This document shows positions 55,414 to 64,000 of a DNA stretch of 64,000 bases, one piece after another. The DNA comes from a virus. Taxonomy: Duplodnaviria > Caudoviricetes. The notes under the pieces are model-generated. The model worked only from the letters and a program-made list of their open reading frames with translations, searched no databases and was not told the origin of the DNA. Where the stretch lies: positions 1,081 through 65,080 of IMG/VR virus record IMGVR_UViG_3300043429_000212; one strand, written 5' to 3'. Position 1 is the first letter of the stretch. Each line of letters opens with the position of its first letter. The position numbers and the translations under genes are program-made.

Positions 55414-56322
55414 TCAGGCGCCCGGGGAACCGAAGGCACCCAGCGGGTCCGAGACGCCGAAGCTGTAACGCTCACGGGCCTTGTAGCGGCTGTTGCCGGT
55501 GTCGAAGTCAGCGTCCATGCTGGTTGCCAGGGGCACCCGCACGAAGTGCTTCAGACCGTTCGGAACGTCCGTCGTCAGGAACCAGCCGTTGGGGTCCGTC
55601 AACCAGTGGTTGATGGTGTAGCCTTCCGGCACCGACCCGTTGTTCTTCAGGGCGTTGATGTCGTTGTCGGTGGTGCCAACACGGAGGTTGGTTTCCAACA
55701 GACGAGTGGCAACGAACTGGAGAGCCGGCGGGACGATCAGCTTCCGGGGCTTGGCGGCGATAAGCAGATTACGCTCATCCGTCCAACCAGCGATCTGGAT
55801 CACAGCCGCTTCGAGGGACGTTTCGTTCAGGTCAGCATTCGTCGCAGGACGGTTGCTGTTGAAGCCACCAGACACCAGCGGGTGAGTGGTGCTGAACAGA
55901 GGCTGACCGTCGCCGTAGGTCACGGCGCTGGAGAAGCCCTGGTTCAGGATGGCGGCGGCCTTGACCTGCTTGGTGTACGCCATTGCCCGGGCGAGGGCCT
56001 TGGTGTACCGCCCCGACAGACTGTCGTACAGGTTGTCTTCCATCGCCTCTTCGGTGATGGAGAAACCCATAGCGATGGTCTCGTGGTTGTAACGAGCGGT
56101 CCAGGCTTCCTGCGCATTGTCATACGCGATGGCTTGGCCTTCGTTCTTCACCGGGGCAGCGCTGAAGCCGGAGAGCTTGGTCTCCTCTTCAAACGAGCGC
56201 TCGGAGGTCTCCGTTTCGTAGATCTCCTTGTGCTCTTCGCCGTAGCGCTTGTACTCCAGACCGAACAGGGCATTCAGACCCGGGAGGAGTTCCTTGAGTA
56301 GTTGGGCACGAGAAATAGTCAT
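55414..56322 (-). CDS. major capsid protein
   Basis: ISRAQLLKELLPGLNALFG, LIVPPALQF, RYKARERYSFG..DP; position after the scaffold. Confidence 0.85.
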   Translation of the reverse strand: MTISRAQLLKELLPGLNALFGLEYKRYGEEHKEIYETETSERSFEEETKLSGFSAAPVKNEGQAIAYDNAQEAWTARYNHETIAMGFSITEEAMEDNLYDSLSGRYTKALARAMAYTKQVKAAAILNQGFSSAVTYGDGQPLFSTTHPLVSGGFNSNRPATNADLNETSLEAAVIQIAGWTDERNLLIAAKPRKLIVPPALQFVATRLLETNLRVGTTDNDINALKNNGSVPEGYTINHWLTDPNGWFLTTDVPNGLKHFVRVPLATSMDADFDTGNSRYKARERYSFGVSDPLGAFGSPGA

Positions 56323-56334
56323 TTCAGGTACTCC

Positions 56335-57210
56335 TTAGAACGGGGTGGCGTTGTAGTACTCGTGATTGCTGAAGTTCAGCTTCACGAGCACCTCGGGGTA
56401 CTGGGTGAACACCAGCACGGTGCCTGCGGAGAACGCAGTACCCGTAGCCGCCGTACCGCCAGCGCCGACCACGCCGTATTGGGCGTTGAGGGACACAGAG
56501 GTAGTACCGGCAGCAGCCGACGCCGTCACAAACGAACCCGTCTGGACCAACTGACCGTTGGGAGCCAGGAAGGAAACATCCGTGCCGACAGGCAGCGTCT
56601 GGGTCAGCGCCGTCGCCAGCGTGATGGACGTCGTGCCCGAACTCCACGTTGCCGTACCCAGGGGCACAGCCGTGTCGCGCACCACATCGATCACACGGAA
56701 CGGGAACGCCGCCGTGTTGATGGTGGCCGAGTACAACAGCGCGTTGAGCGAGTTGCCGGTATTGGCGTTGCCGGTGTTGTCGATGCCTTGGTAGTTCTGA
56801 CCCACCATTGCAAGACTTGCCGACGCCAGCGTGGTGGTCGCAGAGCAGACCACAGCCTTGAACACCGTGTCCGGGTCATCAGTCACAACCGCCACCGCAT
56901 CACCAGCCAGCGTGTTTGCGGGCCAGAACTGCGAGAAGCGCTTCTGCTTGGTGACAGGATCGGTGAACGAGCACCCGAGGAAGACGCCGACCATACCGGA
57001 GCCGGGACCACCCGTGGGGGCGGTAGCACCAGTGGTCGTCACCAGACGGGTGACAAAGCCACGGACCAGACCAACGACGTCACCGTAGAAGATGTTGGTG
57101 CCGTAGTTGTACTGGATCGGAAGGTTTCGAGTAGACCCGGCGAAGACCTGTCCACCGATCAGATTGATCGGCTTTAGACCGTACGGGCCGTCAACAACAG
57201 GATAGGGCAT
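56335..57210 (-). CDS. capsid-associated structural protein
   Basis: PYGLKP, IFYGDVV, VGVFLGC, TDDPD. Confidence 0.65.
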   Translation of the reverse strand: MPYPVVDGPYGLKPINLIGGQVFAGSTRNLPIQYNYGTNIFYGDVVGLVRGFVTRLVTTTGATAPTGGPGSGMVGVFLGCSFTDPVTKQKRFSQFWPANTLAGDAVAVVTDDPDTVFKAVVCSATTTLASASLAMVGQNYQGIDNTGNANTGNSLNALLYSATINTAAFPFRVIDVVRDTAVPLGTATWSSGTTSITLATALTQTLPVGTDVSFLAPNGQLVQTGSFVTASAAAGTTSVSLNAQYGVVGAGGTAATGTAFSAGTVLVFTQYPEVLVKLNFSNHEYYNATPF

Positions 57211-57224
57211 TTGAGGCTCCTAGT

Positions 57225-57674
57225 TCATTGACCGCGTCCGAACGACACTTCGGAACGACGCTGTTTGAACAGCGGCATCCGGGGATCGTTCTCGCGCATG
57301 AAGGTGTTGTCCACAGACTCCATCTGCCCCGTCGCCTGACCGGTGTAGAAGGCATTCCGTTGATCAACGAGTTCTTTGGGGGTTCGGCAAAGCAGCAGGC
57401 CACCAACCTCAATACTGCCAGGAAGACGAGGCTTGTCGTCGCACTGGTGAGCATATTCAGGATGATCTGCAACCTTGACAGGTTCCCAGCCTTCGCGGAT
57501 CTTGGAGGAAATGTTCCGAGGGTCGGCTACACCCAGGGTGCTGACACGAATCCAGCGGTATGCGTAGTTGGGATCCTTGGGAGGTTCCGGCAACAGGTCA
57601 GCAGGCATCCACGTCTTGGGACGTTCTGCCTTGGCACGCGACTCAAGTTCGCGGGGGGTTCGTTGGTCAGCCAT
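57225..57674 (-). CDS. conserved head-cluster protein
   Basis: YRWIRVS, REGWEPV, VGGLLLC. Confidence 0.7.
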   Translation of the reverse strand: MADQRTPRELESRAKAERPKTWMPADLLPEPPKDPNYAYRWIRVSTLGVADPRNISSKIREGWEPVKVADHPEYAHQCDDKPRLPGSIEVGGLLLCRTPKELVDQRNAFYTGQATGQMESVDNTFMRENDPRMPLFKQRRSEVSFGRGQ

Positions 57675-58593
57675 TTTCTTTCCTCATCTGTTCCGCTACT
57701 GCCCGGGCGTACTGTTCGGGGGTAAGCCCGAGACGCTTGGCGACGTTGACCTGGGACTGCGTCAGCACGATCTTTTTGGGCGCTGTGCTTCGCGTTGCCG
57801 GGGCAACTACAGATGACTTCCTCTTCTCCTGGGGGTACGCACCAGGAAAAATGGACTTCATCTCTGAGTCGATACGGTTGAAATACTCCTCGCTGCCGAG
57901 GGGCATCCCATCCCTTTCAAGCTCATTGTGAATTTCCATAGCCACAGCGGTCATCCGCTTGTTAGACCCAAACCACGGATTGGCTTCTTGCCACGCACGG
58001 GTTTTGGCATCTAGCTGCGGCGCCGCAGGCTGCGGGGGCGTTTGTACAACATTTTGTTCCTGCTGTAAAGGCACAGGGCGGAACGCGGCGAGTTTCTCGG
58101 CCTTCAGCTTGGCAGAGAAAAGCTCTTCCTGAGCAGCGAGGATTGCTTTTGCATCCCCGTCCTCATAAGCCTTCTCATACTTCTTCCGGGCGGATTCCAA
58201 CTCACCTTCGACAGCCTTCTTGGCCTGCTCCACTGCCACTTGCTGGCTTTGACCAGCCGACTTCTGGAGCTTCTGGTTCTCTTCCAGGAGTTTCTGGGTG
58301 AGACGAAGTGCCTCCTCCCTCTCCCGAAGAGCAGCCTCTTTGGCCCGCCGCTCCTCGTGGTAGCCCTTGGAGAAATGCTGGATGCGCTGTTTGACGCTCT
58401 CGCTGTACTTGGACAGTTCGTCGTCGGTGACATCCGCCGGGGCCTCCTTCATGGGGGCTCGGTTTTTGTCTGCGCTGGGGGTGTCATCCACCACCTCGAC
58501 CTCGGTATCGTTGTTCTCGATCTCGAAATCGACCTTCTCTTCCTTGGTGTTCACCGGCACTTCGTCCGGGAACTTGAAATCTTCTTTGTCCAT
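57667..58593 (-). CDS. capsid scaffolding protein
   Basis: Acidic coiled coil, NPWFG, AKRLGLTPEQYA C-terminus; between portal and capsid. Confidence 0.7.
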   Translation of the reverse strand: MDKEDFKFPDEVPVNTKEEKVDFEIENNDTEVEVVDDTPSADKNRAPMKEAPADVTDDELSKYSESVKQRIQHFSKGYHEERRAKEAALREREEALRLTQKLLEENQKLQKSAGQSQQVAVEQAKKAVEGELESARKKYEKAYEDGDAKAILAAQEELFSAKLKAEKLAAFRPVPLQQEQNVVQTPPQPAAPQLDAKTRAWQEANPWFGSNKRMTAVAMEIHNELERDGMPLGSEEYFNRIDSEMKSIFPGAYPQEKRKSSVVAPATRSTAPKKIVLTQSQVNVAKRLGLTPEQYARAVAEQMRKENG

Positions 58594-58595
58594 GT

Positions 58596-58994
58596 TTAAA
58601 CCCTCTGCAACCCACGCGGGTCTTGGATAACGGCCTCAACGCTGTCGTCGTTGATGATGCGGAACTCCCGCCCGTGGATCTTCAGTCGAGTGCCGCTGTT
58701 CGGGCGGACAAGGATGAAGTCGCCCACCTTGCAGGACGGGCCGGAGGGGAAGCGGATCGGGTCTTTGTAGCAATCCGGACCCATCTTGACGACGAACAGG
58801 ACGGGAGACAGCACTTCCTCGAAGTGCATCGTCTGTCCAGACTTGAGAATGCCGCTCTCAAAGGACTCCTCGGCCTCTGGAAGCATGCACAGGAGGTGGT
58901 AGGTCACCGGATCTGGGACTTGCCTTGCCTTTTCCTCTGCGGTTTCAGGCAAAACGGACTCTGACGTTCCATCAGACAGGATCAGTTCACTCAT
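58596..58994 (-). CDS. GroES-like co-chaperonin
   Basis: ESGIL, VVKMGPD, KVGDFIL, FRIINDDSVEAVI. Confidence 0.8.
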   Translation of the reverse strand: MSELILSDGTSESVLPETAEEKARQVPDPVTYHLLCMLPEAEESFESGILKSGQTMHFEEVLSPVLFVVKMGPDCYKDPIRFPSGPSCKVGDFILVRPNSGTRLKIHGREFRIINDDSVEAVIQDPRGLQRV

Positions 58995-59184
58995 CTTCAT
59001 CCTTCTTGAGTTTGTCTACGAGGTCATTGATGTACATATGAGCCTGCGATAGACCTCTTATCTCGCCGGTCATGGACTTGTACTCTGAGAAGTCCCGCGC
59101 AGCGCCGGAGATGAGGGCTTCGGCAATCGCTTGCCGCCTGTCTTCTATCTCTTTCAGCACCACGGAGAACGCAGTGGTTGCCAT
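58987..59184 (-). CDS. conserved small head-cluster protein
   Basis: DFSEYKSMTGEIRGL; RBS AAGGAG. Confidence 0.7.
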   Translation of the reverse strand: MATTAFSVVLKEIEDRRQAIAEALISGAARDFSEYKSMTGEIRGLSQAHMYINDLVDKLKKDEDE

Positions 59185-59244
59185 CTAAGCTCCTTTCGGA
59201 GTGGTTTTTGGTGTCCGTTTCGGTCTTTTCGGACTTTTCGGACC

Positions 59245-61656
59245 TTACTGGGTGGGTTTTGGTGCCTGTTTGGGCTGAGACGGCCTGACCATCGTCTTCA
59301 CAAGGTCAGTACGTAACTTTTTATCCGTTTGAACAGCACTGGACCGCAATCTGGCCTGTTCCTTGAGCATTTCTGCCTTGATTCGCTCTTGCTCAAGGGC
59401 GATCTTCTGCTGGGCAATCTGGAAATCCCGTTGGCTGTCGGCCTCCTTTCGTTGAAGTTCCTGGGCTCGGAGTTGCAGTTCTGCCTGTTGAAGCTGCATT
59501 TCCGGGTTTTGTGCCTGCTGTTGAGCCTGCTGCTGGGCAAACATGGCTTGGTTCTGCACCATCGTCCTCTGTGCTGCTGCTGCGATGAGCGGAGCCAGGG
59601 CTTTTTCGTCCTCCGGGGCGATGGGAGCGTTGTCTTCCTCGTCCAGTTCAGGCAGAGGCACACCCAACTGCATCTCAACCTGCGCCCGATAGGCAAACGC
59701 GGCATGTTCTGCCATGTGAGCCATCAGGGCAGACATCATTTGCTGGGACATGGGGTTCTGACCCAGGATCGCAGCGATGTTTGGGTCTTGCATGAATGCC
59801 TGATGGGTTGCCATGTGGGCCTGATGGTCCTGGTAGGCAAACGCCTTGATGGGCTGCAACCTCAGAACAGCCATGTTTTCCGATACAGGATCCCTGGGCT
59901 TCTGATCCTCAGAGGTCGGAACCAGTTTTTCTGCGTCCTTGATCCCGAGAACCTCCAACATCTGTCTGTGAAGTTTGGGAAGGTCATAGATCTGCGGGGC
60001 ACCTTGGGCCAGTTGGAGGGCCGCTTGGTACTGCATGATCCGCTGGGCCATCGTGGCGGCGTTCGGATCACTGACCGGGATCACCTCGACAAGGTCATAG
60101 TCAGCCTGCTTGACCGCCCTGTTCCCACCTTCCGGGGTGTAGGAATAGTTTTTGGGCATGAAGTCCCGGATGATCTTCTTCAGGAGCTTGAACTCCATCC
60201 GAAGACTCGCATGGACCCGGGCCTGGACGGCAGACATGGTCTTGAGTTGACGCTCAAGAATAGCCAGCGTCGTGCCGACAGGTGCCTGGGCAGACATGTC
60301 ACTGACCTTCAGATCAGCAATCGCAGCCAGCCTGCGGCCTTCTTCTGTGATGCGCTCCAGCAATGCCGCCAGAACCTGTGAAGGCTCCTTGTACGGCAGA
60401 GCCATCACGTTCTCTTTCAGCGTCCCGCTGGCGATGTCAACATCCCTGAACTCTCCAGGAGCCACAGGGGTGTCGTCACCCTTGATGCGTAGACCTTTGG
60501 TCTTCAGACCTCCGGGGAGGTTGGACAGGGTTCCCGCATCTACAAGCTGTCTGATGATGGAAGTGCCTGCCCGAGCATATCCACCGATCAGATGGATGTA
60601 GCCAAGGCCATACGCACCGAACCCGGGGATGTAGGTGTACTGGACGAAATGCTGGCGCTTCTGCTTGCGCTCATCATCCTCTTCCCAGTTCCGCCGGATG
60701 GACAGAACCTTGTTGGTTCCCCTCTCAATCGAGATCACATAAGGAAGAGCAACGTCCTCCTCATACCCGGGAAGGTCATAGTCCACATGGATTTCCATGA
60801 CCCGGTAGCGCTCATCATCCTGAAGGCTGAACCCTTGCTCCTCTGCCTTCTTCTTCTCAATGTCAGAGAAGAAGGTCACCGGCTCTCCCAGTTCAATGTC
60901 CCGGTAGAACCCAGACGCCTGGAGCTTCCTGATCTCGTTCTTGGTCTTGCGCATCACATGGGTGACACGCTCTGCCGTGTAAACGTTGGAAGCCCCATAG
61001 GGAATGATCAGATCTTCTGCCGGGATGAACGGAGCGGCGGGGAGTTTGGTGCCCTCGTCCGGGTAGATCTTCTTGAATGCCGCGCCGGACAGTCCAAGGG
61101 AATACAGAAGACGCTCATGCTCTGAGCGGTAGTCGATCATCTTCTCGGTCAGGGTGACGTTCATGTCCTCCCGAACCCGATCAGCAACCTCTTCTTTGAT
61201 CCGGGTGATCTCACCAATGATCTGTGTCTTGACCGGACCCTGGGCAGGGAACGTTTCAACGATCATCTCTGACTGGAACCTGACGGCAGCTTCCGTCAAG
61301 AGGGGGCTGTAAACGCCACAAGCCCCAGACCAAGGCTCCGTCCTCTCTTCATACTTCATACCAAGGACTTCCAAGCCCTTGATGTACATCTCCGTCCAGT
61401 CCTTGCGGGAGTTGATGTCCGAATCCACCAGTTCCGCAAGATCTGAAGCAATGCCATCTAGCTCTCCCTCGTCCATGTACTCGGCGAGGTTGGCATCGAA
61501 CTCCTCTGGACCCTCTTCTTCCTTCTCCAGGACAACCTGTAGACCACCCACACCGATGGCAACACTGTCAGGGTTCTCGATCTCTATCTCCAGAGCAGGC
61601 TCCGACTCCATAGAAATCGCAGCAGGGATAAGTGCCCGGTCGATATTGGTTGCCAT
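59245..61656 (-). CDS. portal protein
   Basis: SRKDW, EAAVRFQ, GAAFKKIY, RQLVDAGTLSNLPGG, LPYKEPS; downstream of the terminase. Confidence 0.88.
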   Translation of the reverse strand: MATNIDRALIPAAISMESEPALEIEIENPDSVAIGVGGLQVVLEKEEEGPEEFDANLAEYMDEGELDGIASDLAELVDSDINSRKDWTEMYIKGLEVLGMKYEERTEPWSGACGVYSPLLTEAAVRFQSEMIVETFPAQGPVKTQIIGEITRIKEEVADRVREDMNVTLTEKMIDYRSEHERLLYSLGLSGAAFKKIYPDEGTKLPAAPFIPAEDLIIPYGASNVYTAERVTHVMRKTKNEIRKLQASGFYRDIELGEPVTFFSDIEKKKAEEQGFSLQDDERYRVMEIHVDYDLPGYEEDVALPYVISIERGTNKVLSIRRNWEEDDERKQKRQHFVQYTYIPGFGAYGLGYIHLIGGYARAGTSIIRQLVDAGTLSNLPGGLKTKGLRIKGDDTPVAPGEFRDVDIASGTLKENVMALPYKEPSQVLAALLERITEEGRRLAAIADLKVSDMSAQAPVGTTLAILERQLKTMSAVQARVHASLRMEFKLLKKIIRDFMPKNYSYTPEGGNRAVKQADYDLVEVIPVSDPNAATMAQRIMQYQAALQLAQGAPQIYDLPKLHRQMLEVLGIKDAEKLVPTSEDQKPRDPVSENMAVLRLQPIKAFAYQDHQAHMATHQAFMQDPNIAAILGQNPMSQQMMSALMAHMAEHAAFAYRAQVEMQLGVPLPELDEEDNAPIAPEDEKALAPLIAAAAQRTMVQNQAMFAQQQAQQQAQNPEMQLQQAELQLRAQELQRKEADSQRDFQIAQQKIALEQERIKAEMLKEQARLRSSAVQTDKKLRTDLVKTMVRPSQPKQAPKPTQ

Positions 61657-61665
61657 GATGTGTCC

Positions 61666-62409
61666 TTAAATCAACTTCACGTTGCCGCCGCCGTTGAAGC
61701 CCAACGATTTTTTCGTTTTCTCAAGCAGCGATTGTGCAGTACTTTTCTCAGGCTGCCGTGTGTACGGAGGCAGATCACGCGGATCAAGCCGCGTTTGGCG
61801 AAGCCCTGTGATGGCGTTATACGTTTCGCGCACAGCGCGGTCTTTGAACAGCGTTTTGCGCAGTTCGGGATCTTTCGTCAGGTCCACACCAAGCGTCTGC
61901 TCTGCCGCAGCCAAAGACGCAAGCTGCTCGTACAGAAGGACTTCCGGTGAATTGCGCTTGAGCAAGTTCTTATTGAAATACGCGCTGGAAATGCCGTATT
62001 TAGATTTCAAATACGGTGCGGCGTCCATAGCCGCGAGCACAAAGCTTCCGCGAGCATCGGGCTTGTTGACCAGCTCATCAAACTTTTCGTTTATGAGTGC
62101 CGGATCCCCTAGCTGCTTTTTCGCCATCGCATGCTCAGCTTCATGCGCAAAAGTGTCTGGTTTGGCGTCCGGTGAAGCAAAGATGGCTCCACGCGCTGCA
62201 CGATTCTTCTCCGTTTGGGAAATGCGTGGGTCGGCCACCACGAAGCCCAGCGCGTTTGTATTCCGCAATTCAGGCACAGTGTAGGCAACAAGATCCGCAA
62301 TGCCCGCAGTGTTGGCAGGCATCCCTTTCGTAGAGATCTCGCTCAACCTCGCGGGCGAAACGCCTGCTTTGGCGAGCAGGGCCAGCGTTTGAGCGTCAAG
62401 TTTGTCCAT
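61666..62409 (-). CDS. putative zincin-like metallopeptidase
   Basis: FAHEAEHAM with downstream E; codon usage differs from neighbours. Confidence 0.55.
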   Translation of the reverse strand: MDKLDAQTLALLAKAGVSPARLSEISTKGMPANTAGIADLVAYTVPELRNTNALGFVVADPRISQTEKNRAARGAIFASPDAKPDTFAHEAEHAMAKKQLGDPALINEKFDELVNKPDARGSFVLAAMDAAPYLKSKYGISSAYFNKNLLKRNSPEVLLYEQLASLAAAEQTLGVDLTKDPELRKTLFKDRAVRETYNAITGLRQTRLDPRDLPPYTRQPEKSTAQSLLEKTKKSLGFNGGGNVKLI

Positions 62410-62432
62410 GATGTGTCATCCTTTAAACGCTG

Positions 62433-63929
62433 TCAATAATAACCGACACGCCTGCGGACGATCTGCTCGTCCTGCTCGTCGGTAGCAATGGAGATGAACC
62501 CACCCTTACGGAACCTCATAAGGGCCTGGGATGCCGAGTCGGTCAAGTCATCATGCTCCCCATAAGGGAACTCCGCCATCTCTTCAGCAACCTCCTCTGC
62601 CCACCTCCGGTCAGGTCTCCAGACCATCCCAGAGGCAAACAGATCCACTATCGAGTTCACCCGGGCAATCTTGTCCTGTCCCTTGTAAGGGGTGTACTCC
62701 GACACCGGAACACCCACCTTGCGTAGCTCATAGACCAAAGGAGCCCCAGCAGCCCTCTTCTCAATGATGGTGGTGTCCGGGTTCCATTCCTTGTACATCT
62801 CCACCGCCTTCCTCTTCAGATCCGGGAACTCCATCCGCTCCTTCAAGGCATCCAAAAGGATGATGTTCGGAACCATGTTCCCGTGCCTGTCCTCCCTGTT
62901 AAAGACTCCCCAGGTGGTACACGCAGAGTAGTCCGCCCTGTTAGAGGTCTCAAAAGCAGTGTCCCAGGACTGGATGATGTACTCACAAGACGGAGGAGAC
63001 TCCCCCTCCCATATCTTCCAGTACTCCCGCTTTACTATCGCCCCCTCTTCAGAGGTCGGGTTCTGCTGGTACTGAGCCTCCCACTTCGATACAGGAAGCT
63101 CAGCCTTCAAAGACTCAAGTGCCTCCTTAGACCAGAACCCCGGCCAAAGAGGAGTGCCAGACGGCAAGATGGCCGGGAACTCGATGATCTCCCAGTCATC
63201 AGTGCCATCTTTAGAAGAGTTCTTCAGGATCTGCCCGGTCAAGTCCTTCTTAGACCACCGGGTCATCACAACAATGATGGCACCCCCTGGCTGCAACCGC
63301 TGTCTCGGTCCAGACGTGTACCACTCATACACAGAGTCATACACCGCAGGATTCCCCTGCTTTGCCTCCTGCTCGCTGTGAGGATCATCAATGATCAACA
63401 GATCCGCACCCTTACCGGTAACCGCTCCACCAACACCAATAGCAAAGTAGTCCCCACCCTTGTCCGTGTTCCACCTCCCCGCAGCCTTTGAATCACTAGA
63501 CAACTTGGTGGAAAACACCTTCCCATAGTCCTCCGACGACACAAGGTTTCTAACCTTCCGTCCAAACCCCACCGCCAACTCAGCGGTATGTGCCGTCTGA
63601 ATGATCTTCTTCTCAGGAAACTTCCCAAGGAACCACGCCGGAAGCAAGAACGAAGCAAACTCACTCTTCGTGTGTCTCGGAGGCATGTTGATGATCAACC
63701 TCTTCAACTCCCCGTTCGCCACCCTCTCAAAAGCATCAGCCATGATCTGATGATGCTTCCCCGAGATAAACACCGGCCACATCTGCCTGACAAAGAACAA
63801 GAAGCTCTCCCGGCACCTCTGTACCCTGTCCATCTCCAGCAAAGCCTTGATCTTCTTCCTGTCCGCCTCCGACACCTTGTCCACTATCTGTAGATAGCTC
63901 GTCAACTCCTGCTTGGACAACAACGTCAT
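62433..63929 (-). CDS. terL: terminase large subunit
   Basis: INMPPRHTKS, LLIIDDP, VMTRW, QYQQNP, SWDTA, HDDLTDS. Confidence 0.95.
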   Translation of the reverse strand: MTLLSKQELTSYLQIVDKVSEADRKKIKALLEMDRVQRCRESFLFFVRQMWPVFISGKHHQIMADAFERVANGELKRLIINMPPRHTKSEFASFLLPAWFLGKFPEKKIIQTAHTAELAVGFGRKVRNLVSSEDYGKVFSTKLSSDSKAAGRWNTDKGGDYFAIGVGGAVTGKGADLLIIDDPHSEQEAKQGNPAVYDSVYEWYTSGPRQRLQPGGAIIVVMTRWSKKDLTGQILKNSSKDGTDDWEIIEFPAILPSGTPLWPGFWSKEALESLKAELPVSKWEAQYQQNPTSEEGAIVKREYWKIWEGESPPSCEYIIQSWDTAFETSNRADYSACTTWGVFNREDRHGNMVPNIILLDALKERMEFPDLKRKAVEMYKEWNPDTTIIEKRAAGAPLVYELRKVGVPVSEYTPYKGQDKIARVNSIVDLFASGMVWRPDRRWAEEVAEEMAEFPYGEHDDLTDSASQALMRFRKGGFISIATDEQDEQIVRRRVGYY

Positions 63930-64000
63930 ACCACCCTCTATTCTTAGATATATAACCTTTTGTACTCAGATCATGCACAAGCCTGTACGTGCCGCCACAT

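Noticed and set aside
59191-59243. Short TTTCGG repeats between portal and the next gene
   Set aside because: Only three to four degenerate 6-9-mers; too weak to assign a function
20585-63893. Long + strand ORFs opposite the late genes (e.g. 20585-21469, 39512-40651, 59329-60381)
   Set aside because: Antisense shadows of GC-rich coding genes with no motifs or RBS

Overview
The window is most of the genome of a tailed dsDNA phage with a podovirus-like late module. It is GC-rich, and a betaproteobacterial host is inferred but not proven. Layout: (1) a non-coding left end with an oriC-like cluster of DnaA boxes; (2) a + strand early operon (SprT-like protease, CobS-like AAA+ ATPase, CobT-like vWA protein, NinX-like and bL12-like proteins); (3) a - strand replication operon ending in a T7 gp4/Twinkle-type primase-helicase and led by a ~440-nt highly structured non-coding region; (4) a divergent ~80-nt anti-Shine-Dalgarno sRNA and a RusA-like gene; (5) a + strand recombination/accessory operon (PD-(D/E)XK nuclease, Sak-like annealase, SSB-like protein, MazG-like protein, many small modular genes); (6) a 43-kb - strand late region (terminase, portal, GroES-like, scaffold, capsid, tail, lysis, ejection proteins, a 2436-aa polyvalent protein, three free-standing homing endonucleases). 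I recognised no DNA polymerase, integrase, replication initiator, tRNA or CRISPR array. The best candidate for an undescribed system is the RNA locus at 9218-9803: one palindromic -35 box appears to drive both a large structured RNA ahead of the primase-helicase operon and an sRNA complementary to the RBSs of the first genes of both + strand operons. Other strong leads are the oriC mimic, a shared GG peptide tag on many late proteins, a stand-alone scaffold paralogue among early genes, and genome-wide enrichment of TGTAAAC. All calls come from reading motifs by eye; no database search or folding computation was run.
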